Below, piece after piece: positions 26,734 through 40,069 of a stretch of DNA of 64,000 nt. The DNA comes from Octopus vulgaris. Its lineage: Eukaryota. Position 1 is the stretch's first letter. Every line of letters begins with the position of its first letter. Made by a program: the position numbers and the translations under genes. The stretch spans positions 138,074,001 through 138,138,000 of the forward strand of contig OX597817.1 of the NCBI GenBank assembly GCA_951406725.2. Direction: 5' to 3'. A model generated the notes under the pieces. The model did no database searches, had not been told where the DNA came from, and was given only the letters and a program-made list of their open reading frames with translations.

Positions 26734-27162
26734 AGAATAAGAAATAATGAAAGAGTGAAGGGGAAAGAATATGTAAAGGTTAAAGGAGGCGGGGGAGGAG
26801 GAGATAAAGTGTTTTATTTTGCCTCTTATTTAGCCTCTTATGAAGGTGTTTTATGTGGTATAGGAGTATATAAAGGGCAAAACTTAATTTTTTAAAAGAC
26901 TGTCAACAGAATCCTAATCGAGAATAAATACAGTTCAAATATTGAAGTCATAATTATTAAGTTACATTCCTTTAGGATCCCGTTCAGAATAATAATCTGA
27001 TAGAAAAATGGGAGTATTAAGGTTATGGAGGGAAAACGTTCTGCCACAAAGGAAAATGGGGTCGTGGATAAATGGGGCCGAGAAGGGTTCAACAAAATGG
27101 AGAGGCACGACATGAAGTGTAAGATTTTAGTCCAATAAAGGCTGAGTAAGATAAAAAATTAT

Positions 27163-27543
27163 GGAAGCACTCCGTCGGTTACGACGACGAGGGTTCAGGT
27201 TGATCCGATCAACGGAACAGCCTGCTCGTGAAATTAACGTGTAAGTGGCTGAGCACTCCACAGACACGTGTACCCTTAACGCAGTTCTCGGGTATATTCA
27301 GCGTGACACAGAGAGTGACAAGGCCGGCCCTTTGAAATACAGGTACAACAGAAACAGGAAGTAAGAGAGAAAAGTTGTGCTGAAAGAGTACAGCAGGGAT
27401 CACCACCATCCCCTGCCAGAGCCTCGTGGAGCTTTAGGTGTTTTCGCTCAATAAACACTCACAACGCCCGGTCTGGGAATCGAAACCGCGATCCTACGAC
27501 CGCTAGTCCGCTGCCCTAACCACTGGGCCATTGCGCCTCCACT
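27163..27543 (-). mobile_element. tRNA-derived SINE family C, full length
   Basis: - strand head GGAGGCGCAATGGCCCAGTGGTTAGGGC...GGTTTCGATTCCC (A/B boxes). Near-perfect TSD GATAAAAA(A)TTAT at 27150-27162 and 27544-27555. Confidence 0.9.
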
Positions 27544-27884
27544 GATAAAAATTATAAACCACTACAGAATAGTTCCCGTTTTAAATCACGATCTGTGCGT
27601 GCGTACCTCTGTGTGTGTGCGCGCGCGCGCCTGTACTTGTGCGCGCATGTGCGCGTGTGCAGTGTGCCTATGTATGTGTGCGGGTGTGCGCGTGTTTGTG
27701 CGTATAAATGTGTGTTGTGTTGCGTTGCGTTGTGTGTGTCCATATCTACGTGTACGTCTGTAGCTATTTAAAAACTTGTTTTTCTTTATGCTATGTTCTA
27801 TTCGATCGCACAAAGCGCGGGTCCTACATATAGGGATCGATTGAATACGTACAACTACTGCATAAATATGCCTTATGGTCGATA

Positions 27885-28274
27885 TCTTTATATATAAAAG
27901 TGAAGTTGTGTATCTGTCTACTCCGATTTAGATTCCTAACTACTCCCACATTTTGCGATGCAGTTTAACTAAAACCGGGTATCTTATAGTCGTGATTCAT
28001 ATCGAGCCCTTCTGGGTATTAGCGCGCGTCTACGATGAGTCTACGATTTTAAAAATAATTTACCATAATTTTTTCCATTTTAACGCATATTTTTTAAATA
28101 AAGGGAAGTAACTCTCTAAAAATGTCTACGATGAGTCAACGATTTAAAAAAAATTTACCATAATTTTTTTTCCATTTTTAATGCATTTTTGGCTATTTTT
28201 GGGCTATAACTCTCAAAAAATGCTTTATAGTTATTTCCCTTACAAACCCGAGTAACGCCGGGTGATACTGCTAA
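27885..28274 (+). mobile_element. Non-autonomous Helitron (second copy)
   Basis: A|TCTTTATATAT...CCCGAGTAACGCCGGG...CTAA|T; reverse complement of 9217-9611. Confidence 0.88.
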
Positions 28275-28379
28275 TAACTGAAATAACCTTTGAAGGTATT
28301 GCTTCATCATGGCCACAGTTCAATGCCTGAAACCAGAAATTAAAGTACATACGTGTGTGCTTATGTATGTCTGAATGTA

Positions 28380-28820
28380 TCTCCTCTCAGACTCCTTCGT
28401 CCCATCTTCGACCCCTTACTTAAATTGTAACCACCATTTACCTCTTCCTGTATTACCACTGGAATTACTCTACATGGATTATCATCTTCTTGGATCTTAC
28501 AATGTGCTGTTCCTGATTTGTATCGTACCATTCCATCGCGAATTCTTCAAATCCACTGACTTTCCTTTCCTTTTTACCTTCTGTGTCTCATTCTACCAAG
28601 ATGCCTGATCTTAAGTTTTTTTTTCTCCTCCATCATGGTGTAGATGGAGGAGAAATGCCCAAAAACTTTACCTCACCAAATTTTCACCTTCGTCACACAT
28701 GCTTCAAAGCAGCTTGTCCCACTTCCGGTCATTTCAGCATAGAGTGATCGTCTAATAGTTTGTTCCTTTCTTTCTATTTTTCTCTCCTCATCTATCTAAC
28801 ACCGTAGATTTTCCTGAGTG
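28380..28820 (-). mobile_element. Possible very old LINE (RTE-like) fragment
   Basis: Only weak resemblance (WYD...GRG) to the RTE C-terminal region. Confidence 0.3.
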
Positions 28821-28954
28821 TTAAATTAATGCCTCTTGATTCTTTACTTTTTTAACTTCGCTTCCGTGTTTGTTTTCGGACCATATACATGACAGACAGA
28901 CAGACGGACAGAGAGACAGACAGACTGACAAACAGGCAGACAGACAGACAGATT

Positions 28955-29043
<89 letters not shown>

Positions 29044-29044
<1 letters not shown>

Positions 29045-29778
29045 GTTTCTTTATTGGCCACACAGGGCTGAACACAGAGGGGACAAAATACAAAGTAGAG
29101 CTTTTCTTTTTGGGAAGAAGAAGAGAAAGAAAAGTAGGTTGAATTTCGATCAAAAGGGATCGTGGAAAAAAAAGAAAAAGAAAGGTTGAGCAATAGGGAT
29201 CGTATATCACAGAAATGTCAATGTAAAAGGGGAAAACAGATTAGGTTTGCCCGTGGATAGAAAAGCCTACGGAAAAGACTACGGGAACCTTGGGCAATAG
29301 TGTCATGCAAAAAGACACATTACTGTAAGTGACTCTCTTTTCTTCCTTTCTTTTTTTTTTGGTTCATAAGATCATGCTCAAGCTGGTTCCCTCATTCACA
29401 CATGCCATCCTTGCTACATTCCCCCATCTTTTTTTTTTTAACATTCACGAGACAAAACTTGCCTCTCTAACTCTCACCTTCCTCTTCAAGTGATACTTGA
29501 AGAAGTTGATGAGAGATTGACCAGAGAGGAAAATGTTTGTCTCTAGACCTTTCAGACGCGTCCACCATGCACCATTTTTCTCCATAGCCACAAGTAAGAT
29601 GAAAATGGCTCTTCCTTCTAGTTTCAAGGAAGGAGGCGCAACAATATTCACGATAGACTCGCTTGATAAACCGACTCGTCCCACACGCGATAGCAGCCGC
29701 TCGACATAGGCCTACATGTCGGAAATGGTTTGACACTGTACGAGTGCGTGCAGAACGGTTTCGTCGCTCTGACCACAA
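29044..29778 (-). mobile_element. Tx1/L1-like LINE 3' end (CCHC finger, ORF2 C-terminus, 3' UTR)
   Basis: - strand CGQSDETVLHALVQC...WWTRLKGL...SGQSLINFFKYHLKRKVRV. The 3' UTR ends CCCTCTGTGTTCAGCCCTGTGTGGCCAATAAAGAAA next to (TCTA)n. Confidence 0.75.
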
Positions 29779-29844
29779 AGCCTTGTGAGTGGATTTGGTA
29801 GATGGAAACTGAAAGAAGCTCGTCATAAGTGTGTGTCTTTTCTT

Positions 29845-29875
<31 letters not shown>

Positions 29876-30062
29876 CCCCCCCCCCCCCATCATCGCTTGA
29901 CAACCGATGTTGGTGTGGTTACTTCCCCGTAACTTGGCGGTTCGGCAAAAGTAACTGATAGAATAAGTACCAGGCTTACAAAGAATAAGTCCTGGGGGTC
30001 GATTTGCTCGACTAAAGGCGGTGCTTCACCATGGCCGCAGTCAAAATGACTGAAACGAATAA
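29772..30062 (+). mobile_element. SINE family B, 5'-truncated
   Basis: AAAGCCTTGTGAGTGGATTTGGTAGATGGAAACTGAAAGAAGC-(TG)n-...GGCGGTGCTTCACCATGGCCGCAGTCAAAATGACTGAAAC. Confidence 0.85.
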
Positions 30063-30391
30063 AATAATAAAAGTATATATATTAATATAAACACAAATAT
30101 TGATATAAATATAACATAAAAATTATCGAACACGGATTAGATGTTTAGCCATAAATTTGGGAATAAACATGTGTTGGTGTGTTAATTGTGAAGAGTTGAA
30201 GTAAATATGTGTGAAACATGGAGAAACAGGCCAATAAATAGATTGAAGCATTAATGGAGGAAGATGGAAAGGGAGGGAAGTGGGGGGAAGGAGAAGAAGA
30301 AAAGAAAAGGTGAGGAGTGGGGTGCAGAAGATAAAAAAGGGAAAGGACAAGTGTGAATGAAGGCAACATCATGCATGCAATCATACGTGCA

Positions 30392-30870
30392 TACTCTATC
30401 CAGATTACCAACTTCAGGTTTATACCTGTAAGTACTGGGAGACTGGGATATGTAACACACATTGACTAAATGACAATCTTGAAAAGTTAGGCTTCTCAAA
30501 ACCACAAAGGGGAAAGCTAATTCGTAGACTACAGATTCAGTCTATCACTGGAACTGTAAAAATCTGTAAAACTTTCCAGAAGTTTATCATCTAAATATAT
30601 ATGTGCATGTCTAGATATACAATTGTATGCATGAGAATACATATATAAAACATGCAAATGTGCACATACATACGTATATACATCCATCCATCCATCCATC
30701 CATACATACATACATACATACATACATACATACATACATACATACACGCAAACAAAAATACCTTGTTGATGATGCTGAAATTCCAATGAAGGAACCTTGG
30801 GTCTAGGTTAGAAACTGGTTCTTTCTCTATTAGCAAGAAATCTTGAAATAAAGCTGAATAATGACATACA
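30392..30870 (+). mobile_element. REL-type (R4/NeSL-like) LINE 3' end, copy 1
   Basis: Encodes ...LQIQSITGTVKICKTFQKFII*, then internal (TACA)n, a conserved 3' UTR and an end in (TACA)n. Aligns with 31165-31645. Confidence 0.75.
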
Positions 30871-30970
30871 TACATTCACACATTCACGCATGCATATATA
30901 TATACAAACTTGCATACATACATACATACATACAAATATATATATATATGCATGCAGACATACATATATG

Positions 30971-31035
<65 letters not shown>

Positions 31036-31164
31036 CATAGATACATACAGACAGCAGACAGACAGACAGACAGACAGACAAATAGACAGACAGATCAGTG
31101 CAGACGGCCTTCGAATGCCGTATGGTATCACTCAGTCAGCACCTTCTAAACAACAGCAGCAAGA

Positions 31165-31645
31165 ATAAATTACTCTATCCAGATTACAAGTTCAGGTTTA
31201 TACCTGTAATTATTGGAACCCTGGGATATGTAATACGCTGCCTAAATAGCAATCTTGAGAAATTAGGCTTCTCAAAACCAGAAAGGAGTAAGCTAATTCA
31301 AAGGCTACAGATCCAATCAATCACTGGAACTGTAAAAATCTGTAAAACTTTCCAGAGGTTTATCATTTAAATATTTATGAGCATGTCGAGATATGCATGA
31401 GAATACATACATAAGATAAAACACACAAATCTGCACGTATATAAATACATACATAGATACATAAATACATACATACATACATACATACATACATACATAC
31501 ATACATACATACATACATACATACATACATACATACATACATACAAAAAATAACCTGTTGTTGATTGAAGGGGCCTTGGATCTAGGTTAGAAACCGGCTC
31601 TTTCTCTATTGGCAAGAAATCTTGAAATAAGACTAAACAATGACA
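31165..31645 (+). mobile_element. REL-type LINE 3' end, copy 2
   Basis: ORF end LLYPDYKFRFIPVIIGTLGYV...LQIQSITGTVKICKTFQRFII*, a typical REL C-terminal PVIIGxLG motif. Confidence 0.8.
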
Positions 31646-31953
31646 TACATATACGCATGCATACATACATACAGGTGTGCATGAATGAAAACATACATGC
31701 ATGCATACATACATACATATACACATTCATGCATACATGCAGGCGTATATAGATGCGAACATACGTACATATATGCATGCATGCCCACATACATACATAC
31801 ATACATACATACATAATGCATGCATACATACATACATACATACATACACACACACATACATACATACATACATACATACATACATACATACATACATACA
31901 TACATACATACATACATACATACATACATACACACACACATACATACATACAT

Positions 31954-31986
<33 letters not shown>

Positions 31987-32015
31987 TACATACACACATA
32001 CATACATACATACAT

Positions 32016-32046
<31 letters not shown>

Positions 32047-32156
32047 TACATACATACATACATACATACATACATACATACATACATACATACATACATA
32101 CATACATACATACATACATACATACATACATACATACATACATACATACATACATA
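31645..32156. repeat. Long (TACA)n/(CA)n microsatellite
   Basis: Direct reading. Confidence 0.97.
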
Positions 32157-32159
32157 ACG

Positions 32160-32400
32160 CTTCGAAAATGAAAGAGAAGGAGGATAACTACGAGCAACTG
32201 CTTCGAAACATTCGGCATTTATATCCAGATTGTAAATTCCCATTTATACCACTTCATCTTGAAAGTAAATGCCTAAGTGACCACGTGGATAAGTTAGGGT
32301 TTTCCGAACAAAGAAATCAGCCAACCAACTTCCACATTAAAAATACAATCCATAAGCGGAACAGTAAAAATGTGCAAGTTTTTTTCTGAAATTGAAAATG
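32160..32400 (+). mobile_element. REL-type LINE 3' end, diverged relative
   Basis: KEKEDNYEQLLRNIRHLYPDCKFPFIP...DKLGFSE, then (frameshifted) IQSISGTVKMCK. Confidence 0.7.
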
Positions 32401-32563
32401 TGTTTGATTTTGTTATTTAACATTCTAAATACGGAGCTTTCCAACTTTGCTGAAAACCAGCTCCCTTCCTTCCCCCAAGAGGAAGAAATATCATATAATT
32501 AGAAATAGAAGTGAATATAAATGCACACATACACACATATATATGCATATATATATATATATG

Positions 32564-32604
<41 letters not shown>

Positions 32605-32665
32605 GTGTTTGTGTGTGTGTGTGTATACATATACATACATATATACATACACACCCACACACACC

Positions 32666-32719
<54 letters not shown>

Positions 32720-33176
32720 CACACACATATATAGAGAGAGAGAGATATGCTTGTATATCAAACGCACCGACTATTTATGTGTACAGATAATACGGAGCAT
32801 TTGTTGTACAAAGTGTATCGATGTTTGATACATGTGTCTCTCCCACTGTGTGTACGTTTGTGTTCGTGTTCGTGTGTGTGTGTAAAGTATTTACAAATTA
32901 TTGTACTTTGATCTTCCCCAAATAGCCTCCCAAATAGATAAAAATAATTTAAAATCTCCATCGCAGTATGTTTACAAAACATTTCAATGGTTATTCTTCG
33001 TGGGTGTGTTGTATGTGAAAGCAGAGAAGGGGGAGAGAAAGACAGTGTGAAAGGGAAAGTATTGTGTGTGAGTGCGTGCACTGACATGATTGTGAGATGC
33101 TCAAATTTTTATACAAACGTGAATATGTCTTCTACTGTCTGCTGTAATTTCAAGATAGTTACTTACAGCACGCGCA

Positions 33177-33219
<43 letters not shown>

Positions 33220-33274
33220 GCATGCGCGCACATACACACACATACGGGTGTGTACTGTTTATTCCCTCTTATTA

Positions 33275-33310
33275 CTTTCTGTCAAAGAGCGTAGGTTCGA
33301 AACGTAAAAG
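33275..33310 (+). ncRNA. Degenerate minimal hammerhead motif at a PLE-like terminus
   Basis: CUUU CUGUCAA A GAGC GUAG GUUC GAAAC GUA AAAG: stems I and II pair; the core differs from CUGACGA at two positions. Confidence 0.5.
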
Positions 33311-33400
33311 ACTTTTCCATTTTTCCCGAGCGTCAAACTAATACACTCGTTTGCTGTTCCTACACCTGTCTTCGTCTTTTGTTTTTCTATAAATATGAAC

Positions 33401-33494
<94 letters not shown>

Positions 33495-33770
33495 AGATAA
33501 TGGTGTCATTGAGACCCAAAGGTGTCAGGTAATGCTGAATAAGTGCTTGCTATAGACAGACCATAGTTAAGTTCCAGATTCTGTAATATTGCGAATAAAG
33601 GGTTCAACGTTGTTTCTATGTCAGCGTGTATATATAAGAATTTTTTGCGTAATAAGATAAAAAAAAACAAAGGCTGTATAGATATCAGAGCATTTGTAGA
33701 TAGGTCTTACAGCTAAAATGGTCTAATGCCTTGGTTTTTTATCTTATTGCGCAAAGAATACTTTTGTGTA

Positions 33771-33841
<71 letters not shown>

Positions 33842-34488
33842 ATATATATATAAATCAAAGGTAAGAAACACAACAAACGGAAATCGTCACAACATAACAA
33901 GCAGGAAAAGGACGATGGCACAACAACAGGACAAAACAAGATAAACGGATCATTTGCAGCCATTTACTTCTTCAGTCGGAGTCCGGAATGTCCACGTAGT
34001 CTCACCCAATTCTCTCCGATAGTACTGGAAACCAGCTGGGCCAAAAGCTTAAGCTAAAGGTATTGAGCCCCCCGAGCAAGGCAAACGAATGTACATATAC
34101 AAACACAAGGAAATAACAAACAGAAAGAGTCTTTCGACTATCGGACGAACGTATGTGTTGACTTGTGTCAACGCACGAAACTCTCGGATTTGAGTTACTG
34201 TTCTGTTAAAAATTAACATAAATATGCATATACACATCCTCGCAGAAAGCTTTCCTCCTTGTTGTTGATGTCGTGTCACCGTCTTAGATAAGTCGTAGTT
34301 GAAAACTAAAATGCAAAGCGCTCAAAATATAGCCTTTATTTAAATGTGTGACTTATGGTGAGGAGGTTTGACTGCTACTTTTAACAAATCAGTAACAACT
34401 GAATTATTGCATGTGTTTGGGGCCTGTTCTAGTGTTAAGAAGACCGTTTGTTAAAACGACGTCGATTCTGTCAATATTTCGGTATAAG

Positions 34489-34696
34489 AAGGCGGTGAGC
34501 TGAGAGAATCGTTAACTCACCGGACAGAATGCTTATCGGCATTTCGTCTGTGTGAGTTCAAATCCTGCAGAGGTCAACTATTCCTTACATCCCTTCGCCT
34601 TCGATAAAATCAGTACCAGTCTAGCACAGGGAGCGATGTAATGCACTTACCCACTTACCCCGAAATTGCTGGCCTTGTACCAAAATTAGAACCCAA
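34489..34696 (+). mobile_element. SINE family A, tail type 2
   Basis: AGGCGGTGAGCTGAGAGAATCGTTA...GAGTTCAAATCC...CGAAATTGCTGGCCTTGTACCAAAATTAGAACC. Confidence 0.85.
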
Positions 34697-35421
34697 CTTT
34701 TCCTTATATGGACAAACAAACAAATTTGAAGCATGGAAAAGAAAGATATAGAATTATATAAAACACAACTTAGTTCAGCAATGAGTGCTAGTTCCATAAT
34801 TCTTTGCACATTTTGGTCCTTGACATAAAAGTAAAGACAAGAATGTGACAGTCTCATTCCTTGTTCTGTTAACAAAACGGGGTCATATGACGTTTCCATA
34901 TTTTGAAATTAAGAATCACTGGTTGAATGTCATCCCTCTGCAGGCAGAAATGAAGTTTTGCAGAGTTTTCTCTTACAAATAGAAGTGGTTCCATATTGTA
35001 GAGATCAGCTTTCAAGTAGATGTGAATGCCTCATCGAATTTATATTAAACTACCCGAAATTTTTAAGTATTTGTGCATTGGAAATAAATTCCCATTTATA
35101 GCCTTCACAGCATGCAGGGCGGCAATAAGGAAGCATTTGAAATGCTGTCGTTTCCCATGAAGAAACAAAAGATTTGTTTACTTTCTCCGGATCCAATCGA
35201 TTTGTAAAGTTTTGCTAAAACATTTCGAAGATTTTCTCTTGAAGAGACACTTCAACAAGCATTACATACAGAGTTACGCCATGACTTATATTCTCACATA
35301 TTTACACACATTACTCAAACGTTACATAAGCATCCTTCGAACGTGTATATATATATATATATATATATGGGTGTGTGTGTATGTATATATATATATATAT
35401 ATATTTAAACACACGCACAAA

Positions 35422-35477
<56 letters not shown>

Positions 35478-36119
35478 GTCTCACACTCACACATCTAAAA
35501 TGCCTGGAACTGACTTGATTCAAACAATAGCACCATGTGAAATTTCTAGCAAACCGAGTTTATTCTGTTTGGTAATTGATCAAAATTTCAATAAATTAAT
35601 TGCAATTAAAATAAATTTAAATAAATTAAATGAATTTCACATGCATGTAGGTATAAATAGTAAATGTTAGCTCTTGGGCTTGGAAAAATTCATTTATAAT
35701 AAATAAAATAACCAAAATAAAAGTTATTTCATACGTATGTTTGGAATTTTTTTCCTTGAATATTTCTTTTCCTTTTTGTTGATATTTATAATTAAATAAC
35801 TGTTGTTATGTTGTTATGTAGGTGTATATATATGTGCACACACAAGCACTAAGATATATATATAGACATATATATATAAATATGTATATATACATACATA
35901 CATATATATACATACATATGTGTTTGTGTGTGCGTGAGTGTGTTAGAAACAAAATAGAAAGTGTATTCATAAACTTTTTAGACAACTGCATAATTTATGA
36001 GCCAATTCTCCTGGTTCCATTTTTTTCTCTCTTGTTTTTCCTCTTTTTTTTTTCAACTTTACTTAGTTTTGAACTTTTAACCCACGGAGACCAGGAAAAG
36101 GAAACTTTCTGTATAACAA

Positions 36120-37850
36120 TACCCAGGAGATAAGCGGTATTAACTGGTAATATTCGTGCAATTTCAAATCAAATTACACTATATATCAGGTCGATGTCCA
36201 GGTCACGCAATGATTTCGATTCGGGGACTGGAGTCCCTCCTGGGCCAGTATATACTATCTGCTTTTCATTGAGCTTCCTGTGTTGGTAGCGCAGGGCTTG
36301 GAATTTTCCAGCATTAAACTGCATGTTATTTTCCTCACCCTACCTGTATATTGCGTCCAACTCACGTTGCAGATGCACAATGTCTCCAGAGACTTTTCTA
36401 TCGTCAGCATTGCTAGCAAGAGTAGCTACTTGAGCAACTGAAGGCATGTCAGAGAGGGCCACTATGAACAGCAGTGGCCCCAGGACAGTGCACTATAGAA
36501 CACCACTCATCATTTGTGTTTTCTTGAAGATGGCCCCATTAACCACCACTAACTGAGTTCTATCTTTTAGAAAATCATGTTGTCATTCTCCAAGTTTTCC
36601 AAATATGCCAAGATTTCGGAGCTGGTGACAAAATCATACCATGGTCGATTTTGTCAAAGGCTTTTGCAAAGTTGAGGTATATCGCGTCCACATTTGAGTT
36701 GTTGAGCAGCTGCTTTAGCACCCAGTCATAATGCTTCTACCTGGTCAAAAACTATGCTGGGTGTCTGTCAGCAAGTCATACGCTTCAGGGAATGCAATTA
36801 ATTTCCTTCCGGCGATTCGTTCCATGACTTTGCTGATGTTTTATGTCAGTGAGACCTCTCACAGAGCTTACCATTTGCGAGGAAGCTCTGAAAAAGAAGC
36901 TGCAATGGTTTTGCAAGGACTCATTTACATGACAAGAAGAGGATTGCTGGGAATCCATCAGGGCCAGCAGCTAAGATTGCATCTATATCATCTATTGCCA
37001 GTATTACATCTTTTTTTCGATGTTGATGTAATCAATTCTTACTGCCTCCCGTTCAGCCTCTGTAGCAGTAAAGAGTTCTACAGGTTTACTAATATACATG
37101 TGCCGTAGGTTTGGGGTGAAGACACCTTTGAACTGTTCATTCAGTGATTTACTTGTCCTCGTTGGGTTTCCCGTGAGGAAGCCATCTTTTTGGAGGAGTG
37201 ACTCTACCCTGCAATGCACAGAGGCAGTCTACTTGGCGTACCTTAAGAAGGATTTAGGATCGAGTTTATATTTCTTGTGACTCAGATATCTCTGTCTGCC
37301 CTTTCCTTCCCATGGGAGGGCTTCAGTTGTTTCTCAATCTCCAGCAGTCCTGTTTCCAGGTAGGGTGTCTCACTGCCATTTAGTTCTCTGTTGAAGCGGT
37401 TTGACAATCTTTGTACTTTGTCTCATAAGAACTTTTCTCTTTCCATGGAAATCTTGTTTTTATGTGCAGTGGCTCCTTCTCCGTATTGCATAACGCTTGC
37501 ATTACTGACATGAAAGTCTCTGAGACAATGAGACCAGTCCCGTTTGATGATCTCTTTCTCAATTGATTTCCAGTCTGATTTGTGGAAGTTCAGGTTGGAT
37601 AGATTTTTGGGTGCTTTTCGTAGGCTGCATGGCTGAAGGTTCCTTTGGTTCATACATGGTCAGCTTTATTATGTTGTTATCTGAGACTAGCATCGGTATC
37701 ACTTTCACATTATGGATGAGATCCACATTGTTTGTGAAGCAGAGATCAAGAATATTGCTTGCCCTGGTTGGTTGGAGTATTATTTGCTCCATATATAAAT
37801 TGTCGGTGAGGGATTCCACCTGACTGCTCACATCGCGTCATTCCTGTGAG
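36120..37850 (-). mobile_element. CR1/L2-group LINE remnant (APE C-terminus + RT)
   Basis: QPTRASNILDLCFTNN (APE end), NVDAIYLNFAKAFDKIDHGM, VLGPLLFIVALSDMP and ASNADD (decayed YADD). Confidence 0.88.
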
Positions 37851-37895
37851 GAAAAAGCCTTCGGGCCATTTCACATTGAAGTCACTGTATGTGTG

Positions 37896-37942
<47 letters not shown>

Positions 37943-38018
37943 TTATATGTAATATGTGTAGATATGTAAGTATATATATATATACACGTAACTATGTATA
38001 TATATATATATATGATAT

Positions 38019-38050
<32 letters not shown>

Positions 38051-38114
38051 GCATAGATAGATAGATAGATAGATAGATGCATATATGTATATATATATAT
38101 ATATATACACACAC

Positions 38115-38206
<92 letters not shown>

Positions 38207-40069
38207 GTTTAAGAGACAGAATCACCTCTGTCTCTGAGTAATTCATTTTAGTACCACTAAATTGAACTTCTCTCCTCTGTGGACTCGGAAATAACTTCCC
38301 TAATATTAATACATAAACATATATATATATATATATATGCTCACACATAGCACCTATGTTGCTATTGGCGGTGTCCACCGTGCTGCAAGCATCAATGCCA
38401 GATATCTAGGTTTAGTATAGCTCTCCTCTCACAACCTGGGAGGCTCTGTAAGGAGGCGCAGGCACAGTTTACTCTCGTGACTAAAAGCTAGAAAAATAAA
38501 ATTAAATTCATAATTTATTTGTTATAACAAATTCTGAACATGGACCCTTTTAGCAAAAACCTCATCCTCAAAAGAAGAAATATTGGAAAACCACTAATGT
38601 CAGCTAATTAATATTCAGATACGAAATATCTCAAGTTTTGTATGTAGCAGGTTAATTAAATTCAGTTATTTGTAATAAACTGCATTTTTTGGAACAACAG
38701 CCACTTCAATATCTAATTAAATATGCAAATAGTCTAATTTTATATTCGAGTCTCAAAATATGCAAACAAGGCACAATATAGGGGGTTACATTCGTTCATA
38801 AACGTATGTCTTACCATGTTTGAATAAAATTAATTCTGTACTTGTAACCATAGTAACCATCATTTTTCAATAAAATATACATAAATACACATATTTCAAA
38901 ATCGTCCCTTACTCTCATTAACTTTTTCTGACCATTCTTGTAGCTGCTATTCTTGTATAGAAAATCTAAATACACTTATAGAAAGGCTTGACTTTTAAGT
39001 TTTAAAAGAAATATCCAGCTTTGCAAATTGATCAAAAACAAAATGGCAAAGAATTTTTAATCAAAATAAATCGGATGTTTAGAGTTATTATAACTCTACT
39101 AAATGAAACTAATTTAAAAAATTGACCAGAAAACGGTGGATATAAGACAAAAAGTTATTCCACATGCGAAGAAGTGGTAAACCCATTGAGTCCTCAAAAC
39201 GATTCTATCATAAATGGATGAGTTTTCCAAAATTTAATGCAGCTGGTAAATAAGAATTCGAAATGCTCCTGGATTATGCAAACGATCCCCCAAAATAGAA
39301 AATCTACTTGATAAATATACAACACTAAGTCGTAGACCGTGAACAGCAATTAAAAACTGACGAAAATTTAACATTAAATACGAGCAAAATACTTCTGCGT
39401 TGATCAGTTCTCTTAAAAACGAGTTCAATGTCAAAGAATACACAATCTATGAATTGTTGAACGGAGTAAATTTCTTCTTGATTTTGCTTGCTAACAAACC
39501 ACATTTTAAGTACTCACACACACACGTACCAAATCCTGTGAACGTCGCTATGTTTCTCGTTCACGGCAGACTGTGCCTACTGCAAAACAGGGAACCATCT
39601 TACAAGAGATGTGTCCCCTAGATCTGCAACAAATGTTCTACGTTTAGGAGGTCGGTCACATCGAAAGATAAATCACCAATACAGAGTTGTGTTTGCTTTA
39701 TTCATTTTTACTTCTTTGCTTCACTTATGCCAGTTTAATAGCATAATCGAACCATCGGAAGGCTTTGATTCACTTTATGGTAAATATTCGGGTCGGGTCA
39801 CCAGCTTGCTGATAAAAGTGTCTCTCGGGTTTCCTCCGATTAAACTCTGCGGTGAGTTAAAACTTGTTTTTAGTGCAACTTAATGATTGATATCTGAAAA
39901 TGAAATTTCATTCTCACACTTAAAATTTTTCTTAACAATACCTTCCTTCATTTTGTTCTTGGTGTTTATATCATGGGGTTATCTCGCTGAGCAGAATGCT
40001 TAGCGGCCTAACGTCTGTTTTTACGTTCTGAGTTCAAATTCCGCTGAAGTGGACTTTTTGTCTGATTCC

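Noticed and set aside
27465-27541. tRNA gene
   Set aside because: The acceptor and T stems do not pair properly, and it continues into a SINE body with a TSD.
30775-30830. Hairpin plus GAAACTGGTT in the REL-LINE 3' UTR as a hammerhead
   Set aside because: CUGANGA is absent in both copies (CCAATGA, GATTGAA) and the triplet is not conserved.
33940-33980. CUGAAGA on the - strand in a PLE-terminus-like region
   Set aside because: Followed by GCAA rather than GAAA, with no stem I.
39234-39900. Short ORFs as an hAT transposase remnant
   Set aside because: Only a 3-4 residue resemblance (VRW), which is insufficient.
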